Virus record (IMG/VR): IMGVR_UViG_3300028840_002623
Span: 5,881-69,880 of that record
Strand: one strand, 5' to 3'
DNA length: 64,000 nucleotides
From: a virus
Made by a program: the position numbers and the translations under genes. Numbering within the stretch: position 1 is the first letter of the stretch; every line of letters begins with the position of its first letter. Below are positions 19,121-28,612 of this stretch, one piece after another. The notes below the pieces were generated by a model. It searched no databases and was not told the DNA's origin. It worked only from the letters and a program-made list of their open reading frames with translations.

Positions 19121-19807
19121 ATGGCTATTTCAAGAGAACAGGCGATTGAAAAAATTCAGAAACTGCTCGCACTGGCTAATGGAACGGACAAAGAAGGGGA
19201 AATGAAAAACGCTATGAGGCTTGCTCAGGCTTTTCTCCGCAGACACAATCTGGAAATGAGCGATGTAGAGTTGCAAGAAGAAATCGGAGACATGACCACG
19301 GAACAGGGAATGGAATTCACCCGGACATATCAGTGGATGTGGAGCATCAGCAAAGCGATTGACTGTGTCTGCTCCACCAAGCACTTCCGTTCCGGGTATG
19401 GATGGAAATTTCGGATGCACTTCTGCGGAACAAAAACGGATGTTGCCACGGCAATTGAACTCTTCAAATTTCTTTATGACACGATTCAGACGATGGGGAA
19501 AGCCGCACGCATGCCGAGCATTCGTGAGCGGAATAGTTATTGTAACGGGATTGGTTACAGGCTTCTGCAGAGGGCTCAGGAGTTGGTCGTTGAAGAGCCT
19601 GAAGAAGAATTGAGCCAGCTTGACGGTGAGCGTTGTAAGGCTATTATGGTGGTCAAGGAAAAAGAGTTGAGCGAGTACGTTGAGCGAGAACACGACATCA
19701 AAACTGTAAGGACCAAAACCTCAAACGGGGACATGGGTGCGTTTATGCGTGGCGTTATGGATGGAGAAAATGTGCCCCTGTCTGTTTCCCCCAAACTGAA
19801 AGGATGA
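19121..19807 (+). CDS. DUF2786-domain protein
   Basis: N-terminal IEKIQKLLALA...E...A...AQ.FL.RHNL signature. Confidence 0.8.
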   Translation: MAISREQAIEKIQKLLALANGTDKEGEMKNAMRLAQAFLRRHNLEMSDVELQEEIGDMTTEQGMEFTRTYQWMWSISKAIDCVCSTKHFRSGYGWKFRMHFCGTKTDVATAIELFKFLYDTIQTMGKAARMPSIRERNSYCNGIGYRLLQRAQELVVEEPEEELSQLDGERCKAIMVVKEKELSEYVEREHDIKTVRTKTSNGDMGAFMRGVMDGENVPLSVSPKLKG

Positions 19808-19810
19808 ACA

Positions 19811-20062
19811 ATGATAAGGATGATGAAAAAAGATGAAGTGATTGATGGCAAGTGGTTTTGGACTGCTTACCAAACGGCTGAGTGCGACATCAAATACTAC
19901 CGGACAGTAAATGACTTTTGGCCATCAGTGGGACGTGTGTACAAATACTTTGCTGTGCTCACCATTCGCTCAACCGGAGAAAGAATGTACACGAATATGG
20001 CACGGCTTTTTGTAGCCCGGAATATTCGTGACCAACGTAAAAAACTTTTGGGCAGGAGATGA
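19811..20062 (+). CDS. Hypothetical protein
   Basis: AAGGA RBS; tight packing. Confidence 0.55.
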   Translation: MIRMMKKDEVIDGKWFWTAYQTAECDIKYYRTVNDFWPSVGRVYKYFAVLTIRSTGERMYTNMARLFVARNIRDQRKKLLGRR

Positions 20063-20337
20063 AAATGGACAAAGAAGAAAAATTGGTGGTTGAATTCCTA
20101 ATGGCTCAAATGAAAGAGTGCGGTTGTTGCTTGGAGAAGTATGGGATGAGTTTGACTTCCGGCTATACAATCAAGGCGGTTGAGGTTGCGTACAATACGG
20201 CTTACACCGGGGAATTTGATTACAGCAATGGCGTGAATTGCAAAGTGTATACTATTTCCCTTTGGTACAAGGATGAAGGCTATGATGAATGGCTCATAGC
20301 CACCAACGGGGAATCTTGTTGTCTTTGGGCAAACTAA
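20059..20337 (+). CDS. Hypothetical protein
   Basis: AGGAG RBS; ATGA overlap. Confidence 0.6.
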   Translation: MKMDKEEKLVVEFLMAQMKECGCCLEKYGMSLTSGYTIKAVEVAYNTAYTGEFDYSNGVNCKVYTISLWYKDEGYDEWLIATNGESCCLWAN

Positions 20338-20351
20338 AAAAGGAGATTGCT

Positions 20352-20603
20352 ATGAAACTGAAACTCAAATATGGAACGTGTAAGAACTGCGGAAAGAAAA
20401 ACGTGGTTGTTGATAAGGGTGTCTGTGAGGAATGTTGGTATGAATTGGGATACCATATTGTAGATGAACCCCGGATGAAGCCTTGTAACGAATGCGGTGG
20501 AAAAGGTTTTTTGAACGGGGATGGCTTCACTGAAGATACTGAGACCTGTTGGACTTGCGGTGGGGCTGGGGAAGTGAATTCAAATAAAGGAGAAATAAAT
20601 TGA
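20352..20603 (+). CDS. Small zinc-finger protein (DnaJ-type CxxCxGxG)
   Basis: CKNC, CEEC, CNECGGKG, CWTCGGAG; AAGGAG RBS. Confidence 0.7.
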   Translation: MKLKLKYGTCKNCGKKNVVVDKGVCEECWYELGYHIVDEPRMKPCNECGGKGFLNGDGFTEDTETCWTCGGAGEVNSNKGEIN

Positions 20604-20743
20604 AACCAAAAAGGAAAATAAGAAAGAACAGATGTCCACATTGTTATGGGAATGTTCGGAAGGTTCCCAAGGGTGATTGGATGGCTGGATTGTATCGGTG
20701 TCAAGTTTGTGGTTCCAGTTTTTTAAAAGACCAACTTGTATAA
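20600..20743 (+). CDS. Small zinc-ribbon protein (47 aa)
   Basis: TTG after AAGGAG; CPHC and CQVC. Confidence 0.5.
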   Translation: MKPKRKIRKNRCPHCYGNVRKVPKGDWMAGLYRCQVCGSSFLKDQLV

Positions 20744-20754
20744 AGGAGATGTGT

Positions 20755-20982
20755 ATGTTGATTATCAATTTTTGCTTTCTTGGAAAAGATGTCAAATTGA
20801 CCGTTGAAGGTGACCACTGTATGAATTCGGAATATGAAGATGCCCCGGAATTGGCTCAGATAAAAAAGCTGAACAATTGCATCTTGGTAAAAGATGGACC
20901 AACTCAAACGGATTTATACAAGTGGTGTAAAAATCGGTTCCATAAAAGTGAACGTGGTCGTGACGTTTTTTTCGCTGTGTAA
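20755..20982 (+). CDS. Hypothetical protein
   Basis: AAGGAG RBS. Confidence 0.55.
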   Translation: MLIINFCFLGKDVKLTVEGDHCMNSEYEDAPELAQIKKLNNCILVKDGPTQTDLYKWCKNRFHKSERGRDVFFAV

Positions 20983-21008
20983 ACAGATAATAAAAAAAGG
21001 AGATTGCT

Positions 21009-21260
21009 ATGTTGAGAACCAAATTGGCTAAAAAGAAGTTAACAAAGAAGATGCAAAAGCATCTAACAGAAATGGACGTTCATTCAATGGCTGACTTTGA
21101 AAGGACACTCAAGCGACAAAGACAGTTGGCAAGAGAATATGAACGCAACACGACCATAATGATATGTGACATCTGTTTTTACGTTGCTGAAAGGCTTGGC
21201 ATGAAAGAAAAGACTGACGCTGACTATGAGAGGAAATGCAATGCAAAAGATAAAAGCTGA
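21009..21260 (+). CDS. Hypothetical protein
   Basis: AAGGAGATTGCTATG start signal; CDIC. Confidence 0.65.
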   Translation: MLRTKLAKKKLTKKMQKHLTEMDVHSMADFERTLKRQRQLAREYERNTTIMICDICFYVAERLGMKEKTDADYERKCNAKDKS

Positions 21261-21552
21261 GCCGGAAAATTGCGTTCACTTCTACTGTGATGGTTGGAGG
21301 TATGGGGAGATTGTAAAACGCTCTTCAGAAAACCGCATCACAGTTCAAGATTGTACCGGGTCAAGATTCAGATGCAGAAAGCACCCAAACGGAAAATGGG
21401 TTGCCACCCGGAGTAAAGAATTCAAAGAACAAAAGGACATTTACAAAGACAAACCCAAAAAGGAGAAAGCCAATGGGAAAAAGAAATTCAAAATCAAGCG
21501 TTCAAAACCATCTGGTAAAAGAAGGCTCAAGATTAAAATTAAAAAGCGGTGA
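21241..21552 (+). CDS. Hypothetical basic protein
   Basis: GAGGAAATGCAATG start; Lys-rich tail. Confidence 0.6.
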   Translation: MQKIKAEPENCVHFYCDGWRYGEIVKRSSENRITVQDCTGSRFRCRKHPNGKWVATRSKEFKEQKDIYKDKPKKEKANGKKKFKIKRSKPSGKRRLKIKIKKR

Positions 21553-21679
21553 GTTTGCAAAGGCTGAGGACAAAGTCAGAGGCACCACCGTGTTGGTGAA
21601 AGTATACACCAACAAAAAATCCAATGACCCAATCAGGACCATTCCTGTGGGTCAGATTTCTGAAGTTGTGAGGTACTGA
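21473..21679 (+). CDS. Hypothetical protein
   Basis: AAGGAG RBS before ATG 21473. Confidence 0.5.
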   Translation: MGKRNSKSSVQNHLVKEGSRLKLKSGEFAKAEDKVRGTTVLVKVYTNKKSNDPIRTIPVGQISEVVRY

Positions 21680-21680
21680 T

Positions 21681-21851
21681 ATGGGATACACAATAGCCTT
21701 TTTCATAATCGGAATTGCTCTTGGTTGGGCAATCAAAGGGCTCACGAACAAAGACATTCATTGCACGGCTTGTAACAAGAAAGCGTACCAGCTGTTTATG
21801 TTCTGTCCGTATTGCGGTGAAAAAGATACTATGAAAGTGAGTTGGAAATAA
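21681..21851 (+). CDS. Small membrane-anchored zinc-ribbon protein (56 aa)
   Basis: MGYTIAFFIIGIALGW helix; CTAC and CPYC; stop overlaps next ATG. Confidence 0.55.
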   Translation: MGYTIAFFIIGIALGWAIKGLTNKDIHCTACNKKAYQLFMFCPYCGEKDTMKVSWK

Positions 21852-22417
21852 TGAACACAGAGGAATTGAAAAACCGGGTCAACGCTCTGCGTCAAAAATA
21901 TCAGGATACAAAAAAACTCCGGGGCACGGAGAAAGAGAAATTGAAAGAAGTCAAAGCCCGGTTGAACGACATTCTCCGTGCCCAAGAAATTGCTCAAGAA
22001 GCGGCAGAGCAAATTCAACAACAAGTGCACAAACAAATTTCTGATATTGTCAACAAATGTCTACAGACAATATTTGATAATCCATATGAGTTCAAAATCC
22101 GTTTTGTTTCCAAACGGGGCAAGACTGAAGCTGAACTCATATTCATGCGAGATGGACGTGAGAGGAAAAACGTGGGGGGTGGGGTGGTTGATGTCGTTGC
22201 CTTCGCTCTGCGTTTGTCCTCTCTGCTCCTAACAAACAACCCTGTAGCCCCGGTGGAGATACTTGACCAACCCTTTGGCAACGTATCCAAGGCTCACGGC
22301 TATTTGGAACGTGTCCCCGAAATGCTCCTAATGTTAGCAGAGGAATTTGGGATACAATTCATTCAGGTCACCCACGTGGATGAACTCAAGATGGGAAAGA
22401 TTGTCAATATAAAATAG
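21851..22417 (+). CDS. sbcC: SbcC/Rad50 C-terminal half (ABC signature, Walker B, H-loop)
   Basis: Coiled coil, then VGGGVVDVVAFALR, ILDQPF, IQVTH. Confidence 0.85.
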   Translation: MNTEELKNRVNALRQKYQDTKKLRGTEKEKLKEVKARLNDILRAQEIAQEAAEQIQQQVHKQISDIVNKCLQTIFDNPYEFKIRFVSKRGKTEAELIFMRDGRERKNVGGGVVDVVAFALRLSSLLLTNNPVAPVEILDQPFGNVSKAHGYLERVPEMLLMLAEEFGIQFIQVTHVDELKMGKIVNIK

Positions 22418-22425
22418 GTGAGGGC

Positions 22426-23349
22426 TCAAGCCTTTTTTAGAGCCGTGGCTGATGAACTCCGGGAAGGCACTTGAGCCCCCACCTGTTTGTAAAACTCAAT
22501 TGTGTCTTTCAATCCTTCTTTCAAACTCAATTCCGGTTCCCAACCCAATCTTAAAATCCGGGAGATGTTCGCACAACTATGGCGAATGTCATATTGTAAT
22601 TGAGGAACGTGGTCTACAAATAATTTCTTCCCAGACACGTTCACTAACATCAGAAGCAAATTCAAGAGCGTATGTGACACCCCGGTTCCAACGTTGTACA
22701 CTCCGGTATGTCGGGATTTTCCCATCAACATAAGAGCCTTCACGACATCCTTCACGTGAACAAAATCCCGGCTCTGCATTCCATCCCCGTTGATTTGAAT
22801 TCGGTTGCCCCGGAGAATGCTGAGCGTGAAGGAAGGAATTGCGGCTTGAAGGTTCATTTGTCCCGGTCCATATACGTTGAAGAGCCTTAAACAAACTGTA
22901 GAAAGCCCGTGAACCCTTCTGTATAATCCGGTATAGATTTCTGCGGCACGCTTATTCACCCCGTAAGGACAGACGATGTTGTCACCCAACACTTCCTCTT
23001 CAGAAATCTTTTGACTCAGGCTATGCCCATATATAGCTGCAGAGGAAGTGAATATGAACCGGATATCTGACCGGGAATCCCGGCTTGCCTCCAAAAGGTT
23101 CACCGTTGTCAGTAAATCATCCCCCAAAGCCCTTTCCGGGAATTCAAATGAAGTGGACAGGTTTGTTTCCGATGCCAGGTGATATACCACATCCATCCCG
23201 TCAACTAATTCACAACACAATTCCCCGTCAGTCAAATCCATTCCGGTTTTCTTATCAGCCCCCGTGACAACATCACCTTGTTCCCGCAAAGCCTGAATTA
23301 AATGTCCGGCTATAAATCCGCTTGAGCCTGTTACTAAACATTTGGCCAT
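22426..23349 (-). CDS. NAD-dependent nucleotide-sugar epimerase/dehydratase
   Basis: TGSSGFIA, SSAAIYG, YGVNK, RLFNVYGP, RDFVHV. Confidence 0.92.
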   Translation of the reverse strand: MAKCLVTGSSGFIAGHLIQALREQGDVVTGADKKTGMDLTDGELCCELVDGMDVVYHLASETNLSTSFEFPERALGDDLLTTVNLLEASRDSRSDIRFIFTSSAAIYGHSLSQKISEEEVLGDNIVCPYGVNKRAAEIYTGLYRRVHGLSTVCLRLFNVYGPGQMNLQAAIPSFTLSILRGNRIQINGDGMQSRDFVHVKDVVKALMLMGKSRHTGVYNVGTGVSHTLLNLLLMLVNVSGKKLFVDHVPQLQYDIRHSCANISRILRLGWEPELSLKEGLKDTIEFYKQVGAQVPSRSSSATALKKA

Positions 23350-23978
23350 ACTGCATTTCCCTTTTCATCATACTGTTGTCCGCAAAAGCCTTCCATAGCC
23401 GGGTGGTCAGGAAAAGGAACACTTGGCCATTTAGTCTCAACGGATGAATGGCGTAACAGAGAATGTTCTATCAAAGGATGAACCTTGTCCCTGAGCCAAC
23501 GCATATCTTTTACACGTGGTTGATTTCTCCGGCAAAGCCTTAAAACTTCCCGGTGTAAATGTTTGGGCAAAACTCCGCATTTGATTCCCCACATCCCACC
23601 GGACATTGGAAGCCGGGAGTGGTGGGGGTGGTCTTTCATTTCGTGAGCGTTCAACCCGGATTGTTCCCAAGCCTTCACTGCTTCTGCTTCCTTCACGTTC
23701 AACCGGGAATCAGAGTCACGAAAAATTACACGCTCACCTTTAATGTCCCAAGCGGCAAGAAATCTCCAAAACATTCCTGAATGAATCCGGCTCTTGGGTT
23801 TGAAAACAATTTCACAACCCAAATTCCGCAACTCAGTTGCAACAATTCCCTTCTCACAATAATACCGAATTGTCCACCCCGGAAAAATCTCAGGAGCCAA
23901 TTGGGCATTGCATAAAGCCCCGTTGTAATAAACGGGAGAATTGCCATACAAACTTATACTGATTATTTTTTTAGCCAT
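23334..23978 (-). CDS. Glycosyltransferase-like protein (GT-A)
   Basis: KIISISLYG, GMFWRF, RDSDSR (DxD), GGMWG. Confidence 0.6.
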   Translation of the reverse strand: MAKKIISISLYGNSPVYYNGALCNAQLAPEIFPGWTIRYYCEKGIVATELRNLGCEIVFKPKSRIHSGMFWRFLAAWDIKGERVIFRDSDSRLNVKEAEAVKAWEQSGLNAHEMKDHPHHSRLPMSGGMWGIKCGVLPKHLHREVLRLCRRNQPRVKDMRWLRDKVHPLIEHSLLRHSSVETKWPSVPFPDHPAMEGFCGQQYDEKGNAVWPNV

Positions 23979-24592
23979 TCGTCATCATACCCAAAATTGT
24001 CAAAATCCGGTTCTGCCCATTTTATGATATTGTCTATTGTCTTCTGGTCAGCGTATAACTCCAACAAAGAAAGCCGTTCAATTTGTTCGCCTTCCACCTC
24101 TGCTTGAGCAACAATTTTTTCCGCTGTTGTATTGAGTTTGCTTATTTCAATACCATCCTTCCAAAACGGGAGTTGTATCAATTCCTTCTCAAGCCGTTCA
24201 AGATGAACAATGTGCAAAGGCTGAGCCGGGTTCAACCATTCGGTTTGGTTCTGTAACAGCGGTTGTTTTTGGCGTTCATTTTCCGAAACACTTAACATCC
24301 ATTCTGTAAATTTCGGAAAGTCATTTTGGGCTCCGCTCAAAGCCCGGAATTTGTATTGGTCTAAATGAGCCAACCGACAAGCACTGTACCAGATACTTGA
24401 AGCACGAGTAAATGGATTGCGAACAACAGTCCAACGGAAGTATTTGTCATAGTGGTCTACAATCCGATTGTTGTGAAACCCGGCTTCCAATAAACCATCT
24501 GAAAAATGTTCGTTCAGAATCCGGTAAATGGTATGTGTCCCGGCTTTTGGCGTTGACACATAAACAAATCTTTGTTTTTTATTTATTCTCAT
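23963..24592 (-). CDS. Sulfotransferase (family 2-like)
   Basis: 5'-PSB loop PKAGTHT; 3'-PB VRNPFTR..S. Confidence 0.85.
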   Translation of the reverse strand: MRINKKQRFVYVSTPKAGTHTIYRILNEHFSDGLLEAGFHNNRIVDHYDKYFRWTVVRNPFTRASSIWYSACRLAHLDQYKFRALSGAQNDFPKFTEWMLSVSENERQKQPLLQNQTEWLNPAQPLHIVHLERLEKELIQLPFWKDGIEISKLNTTAEKIVAQAEVEGEQIERLSLLELYADQKTIDNIIKWAEPDFDNFGYDDEWLKK

Positions 24593-25193
24593 ATTCCCAC
24601 CTCACTCCTATTTCATCCAAATTGTCGCACACCCATTCCAAATACCTTCCCGGTATATATTCCTTCCAATAACCGGGGACAACTTGACCAATGTGGTCAC
24701 CGTGAACTTGATATCGGTCCACTTCATTAAAACTTTCCAATACATCGGCTCTTTTTTTATTTTGCTCAACGCTGAATTTGCCGCTGATGCGGTGTTGAAT
24801 ATTCGGGGGTGTTATAATCCCAAATGTATCTTCAATCATTTTATAAATTGGACTGTGGTCATTATAAAACTCTTCATACCGGAGAATTGGAGCATGAGGA
24901 CCAACAAGCATTTCTTCCAACAGATTGAAACTCATTATTGTTCGCCTGACAACGGTCACAATATCATCGTCAACAACTTCCCTTTCATCTCTGTATCGGC
25001 TCATCCTGACTCTCAAAAGGGATGCAGCAACATCGTGAGGTTCACGGACAGATGCTATGACCATTGAGCCATCTGGCTCCCAATCTATGGGATGTGTTTT
25101 CGGAATGTTCATTTTTGGAAACACCGAATCCAATATTTGCCATACAACAGTTGACCCACTCCGGGGTATTCCGCACATTACAATATCTTGCAT
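24579..25193 (-). CDS. Sulfotransferase (family 1-like)
   Basis: GIPRSGST, KTH, VREPHDVAAS, LRYEE, G...G.WK. Confidence 0.85.
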   Translation of the reverse strand: MQDIVMCGIPRSGSTVVWQILDSVFPKMNIPKTHPIDWEPDGSMVIASVREPHDVAASLLRVRMSRYRDEREVVDDDIVTVVRRTIMSFNLLEEMLVGPHAPILRYEEFYNDHSPIYKMIEDTFGIITPPNIQHRISGKFSVEQNKKRADVLESFNEVDRYQVHGDHIGQVVPGYWKEYIPGRYLEWVCDNLDEIGVRWEYENK

Positions 25194-25783
25194 AAATCTT
25201 CCCTCAGATAAAAAGTGTTCCCTCCAAGCCTGCAAAACTCTTTGTAACCATTCATCTGGTACTTACTGCCTTCCATACAAACCAACTTGGGTGTATAGGA
25301 AAACAGATTCAAACTTTGCCACGCTTCATAATTCATTCCTTCAACGTCAATGGATAGAAAATCAATCTCACGTGGACAATTATATTCCTTCAACACTTGA
25401 GTCAAAGGTCTCATGAATACTTTTGTTTCAGTGTAACTCACTCCGTGATTTACTTCAGCTGATATTTTCACTTCCTCTTTGAAGGTGGAAACTTGTTCGC
25501 AACAATAGAAAGTTTTTTCACCTTCTGTAAGCCCAATTGCGCAATTGACACAACTGACTTGAGGATTGTCTTTGTACATCTCCTGTAACTTCTCAAATTG
25601 GGTGGGCTCAGGTTCAATACAAATGCCACCCCAGCCCCCGGTGTTCAATAACCGAATTGAGTTTGAATTCCAAAACCCATCTGCGGCTCCAACATCAACT
25701 ACAAAGCCTTCATCTTGGTCTTTGAATAGCCAATACAAGATTCTATCTTCACCGTGCTGTCCGCATCCTTCACCCTCTTTCAC
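25178..25783 (-). CDS. FkbM-family methyltransferase
   Basis: GQHGED, VDVGAADG, IEP, IDFLSIDVEG. Confidence 0.9.
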   Translation of the reverse strand: MKEGEGCGQHGEDRILYWLFKDQDEGFVVDVGAADGFWNSNSIRLLNTGGWGGICIEPEPTQFEKLQEMYKDNPQVSCVNCAIGLTEGEKTFYCCEQVSTFKEEVKISAEVNHGVSYTETKVFMRPLTQVLKEYNCPREIDFLSIDVEGMNYEAWQSLNLFSYTPKLVCMEGSKYQMNGYKEFCRLGGNTFYLREDLCKIL

Positions 25784-26564
25784 TTGCTGTCTCCAATATC
25801 AAATCCTTCCAAAACTCAAACCAGCATATGTCCATACGCTGACTGTGAAATAACTTCTTCAATTCCGGGTATTCCATCTTCAATCTTTCCGGGGTCACTT
25901 CACCCCAATGATTGACTTGAAGACAGGGCAAACCTTCCAACAACCGGGTTGCCGGGCTTTTCAATACAATCGGAATAGAGCCTAACAAAATTGACTCCCA
26001 ATGGCGGTGACAATCTGGTCCTGCTCCCGGTGGGCTCAAAATAAAAGGATGGCTCAACATCTGTTCGTAAAATTGATTCATTGATACGTGGTCAAACCCA
26101 CCTTCAGTTGTAACCCATTCTTTGTTCTCAAACATCTCATACAATCCGGCTCTTGGGTTGACTGGTCTGTCGTGGCGTTGAGGTATCTTTCTCCAGAAAT
26201 TCATATACACTAAATTGCGTTCAGGCAATCTCCCAACCTCCATCGCCTTTCTCATTCTTTCTTCTCCATCAGGAGATGTCCTCAAGCCGATTGGAACCGC
26301 TGTAACACGGGGGCTGGACGTGGCCACATTATTACTGAACCACATTTTGACGTTTGAAGGAAGTTGTTCAGCCATTTCGTCAGTACAATCCGCATCCGAA
26401 AAACTTGTCACCAAAACGCACTCCGGGTAATGGGACAAAATCCCGAATTGTTTGACCACAGTATGAGTCCGGGAATAGACAATTGGTCCTTCTTGGATTC
26501 TTTCCGATTTGAAAGTCACTCCGGCAAGTTCAGCCAGTCGTTGATTGTTGATAAAATTTTTCAT
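25770..26564 (-). CDS. Exostosin/GT47-like glycosyltransferase
   Basis: FILSPPGAGPDCHRHWESILLGSIPIV. Confidence 0.7.
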   Translation of the reverse strand: MKNFINNQRLAELAGVTFKSERIQEGPIVYSRTHTVVKQFGILSHYPECVLVTSFSDADCTDEMAEQLPSNVKMWFSNNVATSSPRVTAVPIGLRTSPDGEERMRKAMEVGRLPERNLVYMNFWRKIPQRHDRPVNPRAGLYEMFENKEWVTTEGGFDHVSMNQFYEQMLSHPFILSPPGAGPDCHRHWESILLGSIPIVLKSPATRLLEGLPCLQVNHWGEVTPERLKMEYPELKKLFHSQRMDICWFEFWKDLILETASERG

Positions 26565-27310
26565 AGTGTCGCCTTGATTAATGTTTCCAAATTCTTATGT
26601 CTGTCCCACTGATGTATTACCGCAGGAATGTCGCCATCCATATTTATTATCTTGTTGTCTTTTATCTTCACGTGCCCCCTGTGAATGTAACCGACAGTGT
26701 ACACTTCACCCTCTTCATTATCCCATACCCGGCAATCCAATTCTTCCCGGATTAAATAGTTGTGTGCGGCTTGGTCCTGAGGCTTGTCAGTCCGGGGTTG
26801 AATCCGCTGAACTTCCTCTACAAGCCTTTTGAGGTAAAATAACACCGAATCCCGGTCACCGCAGGAACATCCTACGCATGATATAAAGCTGTTTGATAAT
26901 TTTTCCAATACTTTCCCCGTATAACCCAGTGAAATCCAGAGAGAATTGTAGGGGCATGTCCCTATAGACATGCTCTGGTCTTCCAGATATACGTTTAAGC
27001 CTTCCGGGGGCAGATATTCACCCGGATTTTTCTGAAATACAACGTCTCTGGTATCGGTCAAGAATATGCCTTCACAGGGTATATCCCGGAGTGCTTCCTC
27101 AATACAAACAAACCGGGCAGAGTGCACTTTGATTCTTGGCTTGGGAACCGCTCTCAAATCAACATCCCACTTCTTGGCTTCCTCTGCCGCACCACCGTTG
27201 GCGAATAGTAAAATGCGCCCATCAAACCCGGAGTTGCGGAGTGATTTGAGAAATGGTCTGATTTGCTCAGCGTTATATCCACGGGCATATCCGGCTACAA
27301 CATCAATCAT
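26561..27310 (-). CDS. Glycosyltransferase-like protein (GT-A)
   Basis: LTDTRDVVFQKNP, DQAAHN, IHQWDR. Confidence 0.7.
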   Translation of the reverse strand: MIDVVAGYARGYNAEQIRPFLKSLRNSGFDGRILLFANGGAAEEAKKWDVDLRAVPKPRIKVHSARFVCIEEALRDIPCEGIFLTDTRDVVFQKNPGEYLPPEGLNVYLEDQSMSIGTCPYNSLWISLGYTGKVLEKLSNSFISCVGCSCGDRDSVLFYLKRLVEEVQRIQPRTDKPQDQAAHNYLIREELDCRVWDNEEGEVYTVGYIHRGHVKIKDNKIINMDGDIPAVIHQWDRHKNLETLIKATL

Positions 27311-27972
27311 TTTTTTATTTCCTCCAATGGAGTGAAGTCATTCCAAAGCCTTTCCGATTCAGGCTTCATTGCTTCATTAAGTTGGTCCAGAGGCAAGGGA
27401 GTTTTTGAGTACAATCCTGTCCACGGGATTTGATGACCATTCCCTACATATCCGAGTGGCTTGTGAATGTAACCTTTCCACTGTGATAAAAAATCATCCA
27501 AACGCTCCCATTCATATACCTCTGGACCGGGTGGTTCAAGGTCGTGAATGATAATTTGTTCCGCCAAATCTCCTAAATGAAGGACAGCCGGAACACGACA
27601 CGCTGTAAAGGTGTCTACAAAAAGAAGGTTATGATGTCCCAATCCTTTTGCAATGAATTCATAATACGCATTCATGGCGTCAAATTCCCCCGGTGGCAAT
27701 TCCGAAATCCTGGTTTGATTTTTGGCTTGGAACTGCTGAACAAGCCACTGGTGTGATACACCCGGAGAATAATGGTGGCGGATTTCGGTTGCCCACCGGG
27801 GGTCATGCTCTATGGTTGTCAAATGTTTCGCTGACCTTAAATGAGGTGTAGAATAATTCCCACAGCCGCACTCAACAATTGTTTCCGGTTTCAAAACTTC
27901 TAACACGGCTTTGAGAAGGGCTTGATGTGAGCCCCATGTCCGTTCTATGTCCCATTTTTTAGTCAGTCCCAT
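27307..27972 (-). CDS. Class I SAM-dependent methyltransferase
   Basis: VECGCGNYST, TIEHD, LFVD, IIHD. Confidence 0.75.
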   Translation of the reverse strand: MGLTKKWDIERTWGSHQALLKAVLEVLKPETIVECGCGNYSTPHLRSAKHLTTIEHDPRWATEIRHHYSPGVSHQWLVQQFQAKNQTRISELPPGEFDAMNAYYEFIAKGLGHHNLLFVDTFTACRVPAVLHLGDLAEQIIIHDLEPPGPEVYEWERLDDFLSQWKGYIHKPLGYVGNGHQIPWTGLYSKTPLPLDQLNEAMKPESERLWNDFTPLEEIKK

Positions 27973-28612
27973 TTGGCCATCCTTTCTTTTTTCGCTCATC
28001 AAATATTCGTTTGTCCTTCACCCATAATTTTTTCGCTTTGATTAGGTGAGGTGGTCTTTCCGGTTTTTCTTTCCGTTGCCAGTGGTCGTGGTATTGAATC
28101 AAATAATCCACCTGCTGGAAAGCGTTCATCTTGATTGCATACTCTTGTAACTCTTGGTCAGAGAAATAATGAAAATACTCTTCACGGTATGGACCATTGC
28201 CTTCATATGCTCTTTCTATGAATGAACGACCAATCCACGGGCTCACTGCGCACTTATGTGTCCAACCGAATTCATCGCCAATCGGTTGCATAACTCCGAA
28301 TGTGTTCGGAAATCGGCTGAGGAATATATCACCAATCTGTTCCGCTGTACTGTTCGGGTCAGGATATAAATCATCACCTGCGCAAACAACGATGTTTCCG
28401 GGAACACTGCGACAAAGAATATTTGCAGCAGTAGGAAATCCCATCCACTCATTTTGAACAACAACAATTTCGGCTTCAGGGAAATCCTCATTGGACATCG
28501 GGGGGTTGACTAACACCGCAACATTGTAACCGAAAGCGTGCCAGGTGTCAATCATCTCCCGGCTCTTTTCTAAATGAACAGTTGGCCATACAACCCATAC
28601 ATTCGGTTTCAT
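27959..28612 (-). CDS. GT2-family glycosyltransferase
   Basis: VVWPT, GFPTAAN, AGDD, YFHYFSD. Confidence 0.7.
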   Translation of the reverse strand: MKPNVWVVWPTVHLEKSREMIDTWHAFGYNVAVLVNPPMSNEDFPEAEIVVVQNEWMGFPTAANILCRSVPGNIVVCAGDDLYPDPNSTAEQIGDIFLSRFPNTFGVMQPIGDEFGWTHKCAVSPWIGRSFIERAYEGNGPYREEYFHYFSDQELQEYAIKMNAFQQVDYLIQYHDHWQRKEKPERPPHLIKAKKLWVKDKRIFDERKKKGWPNGTD

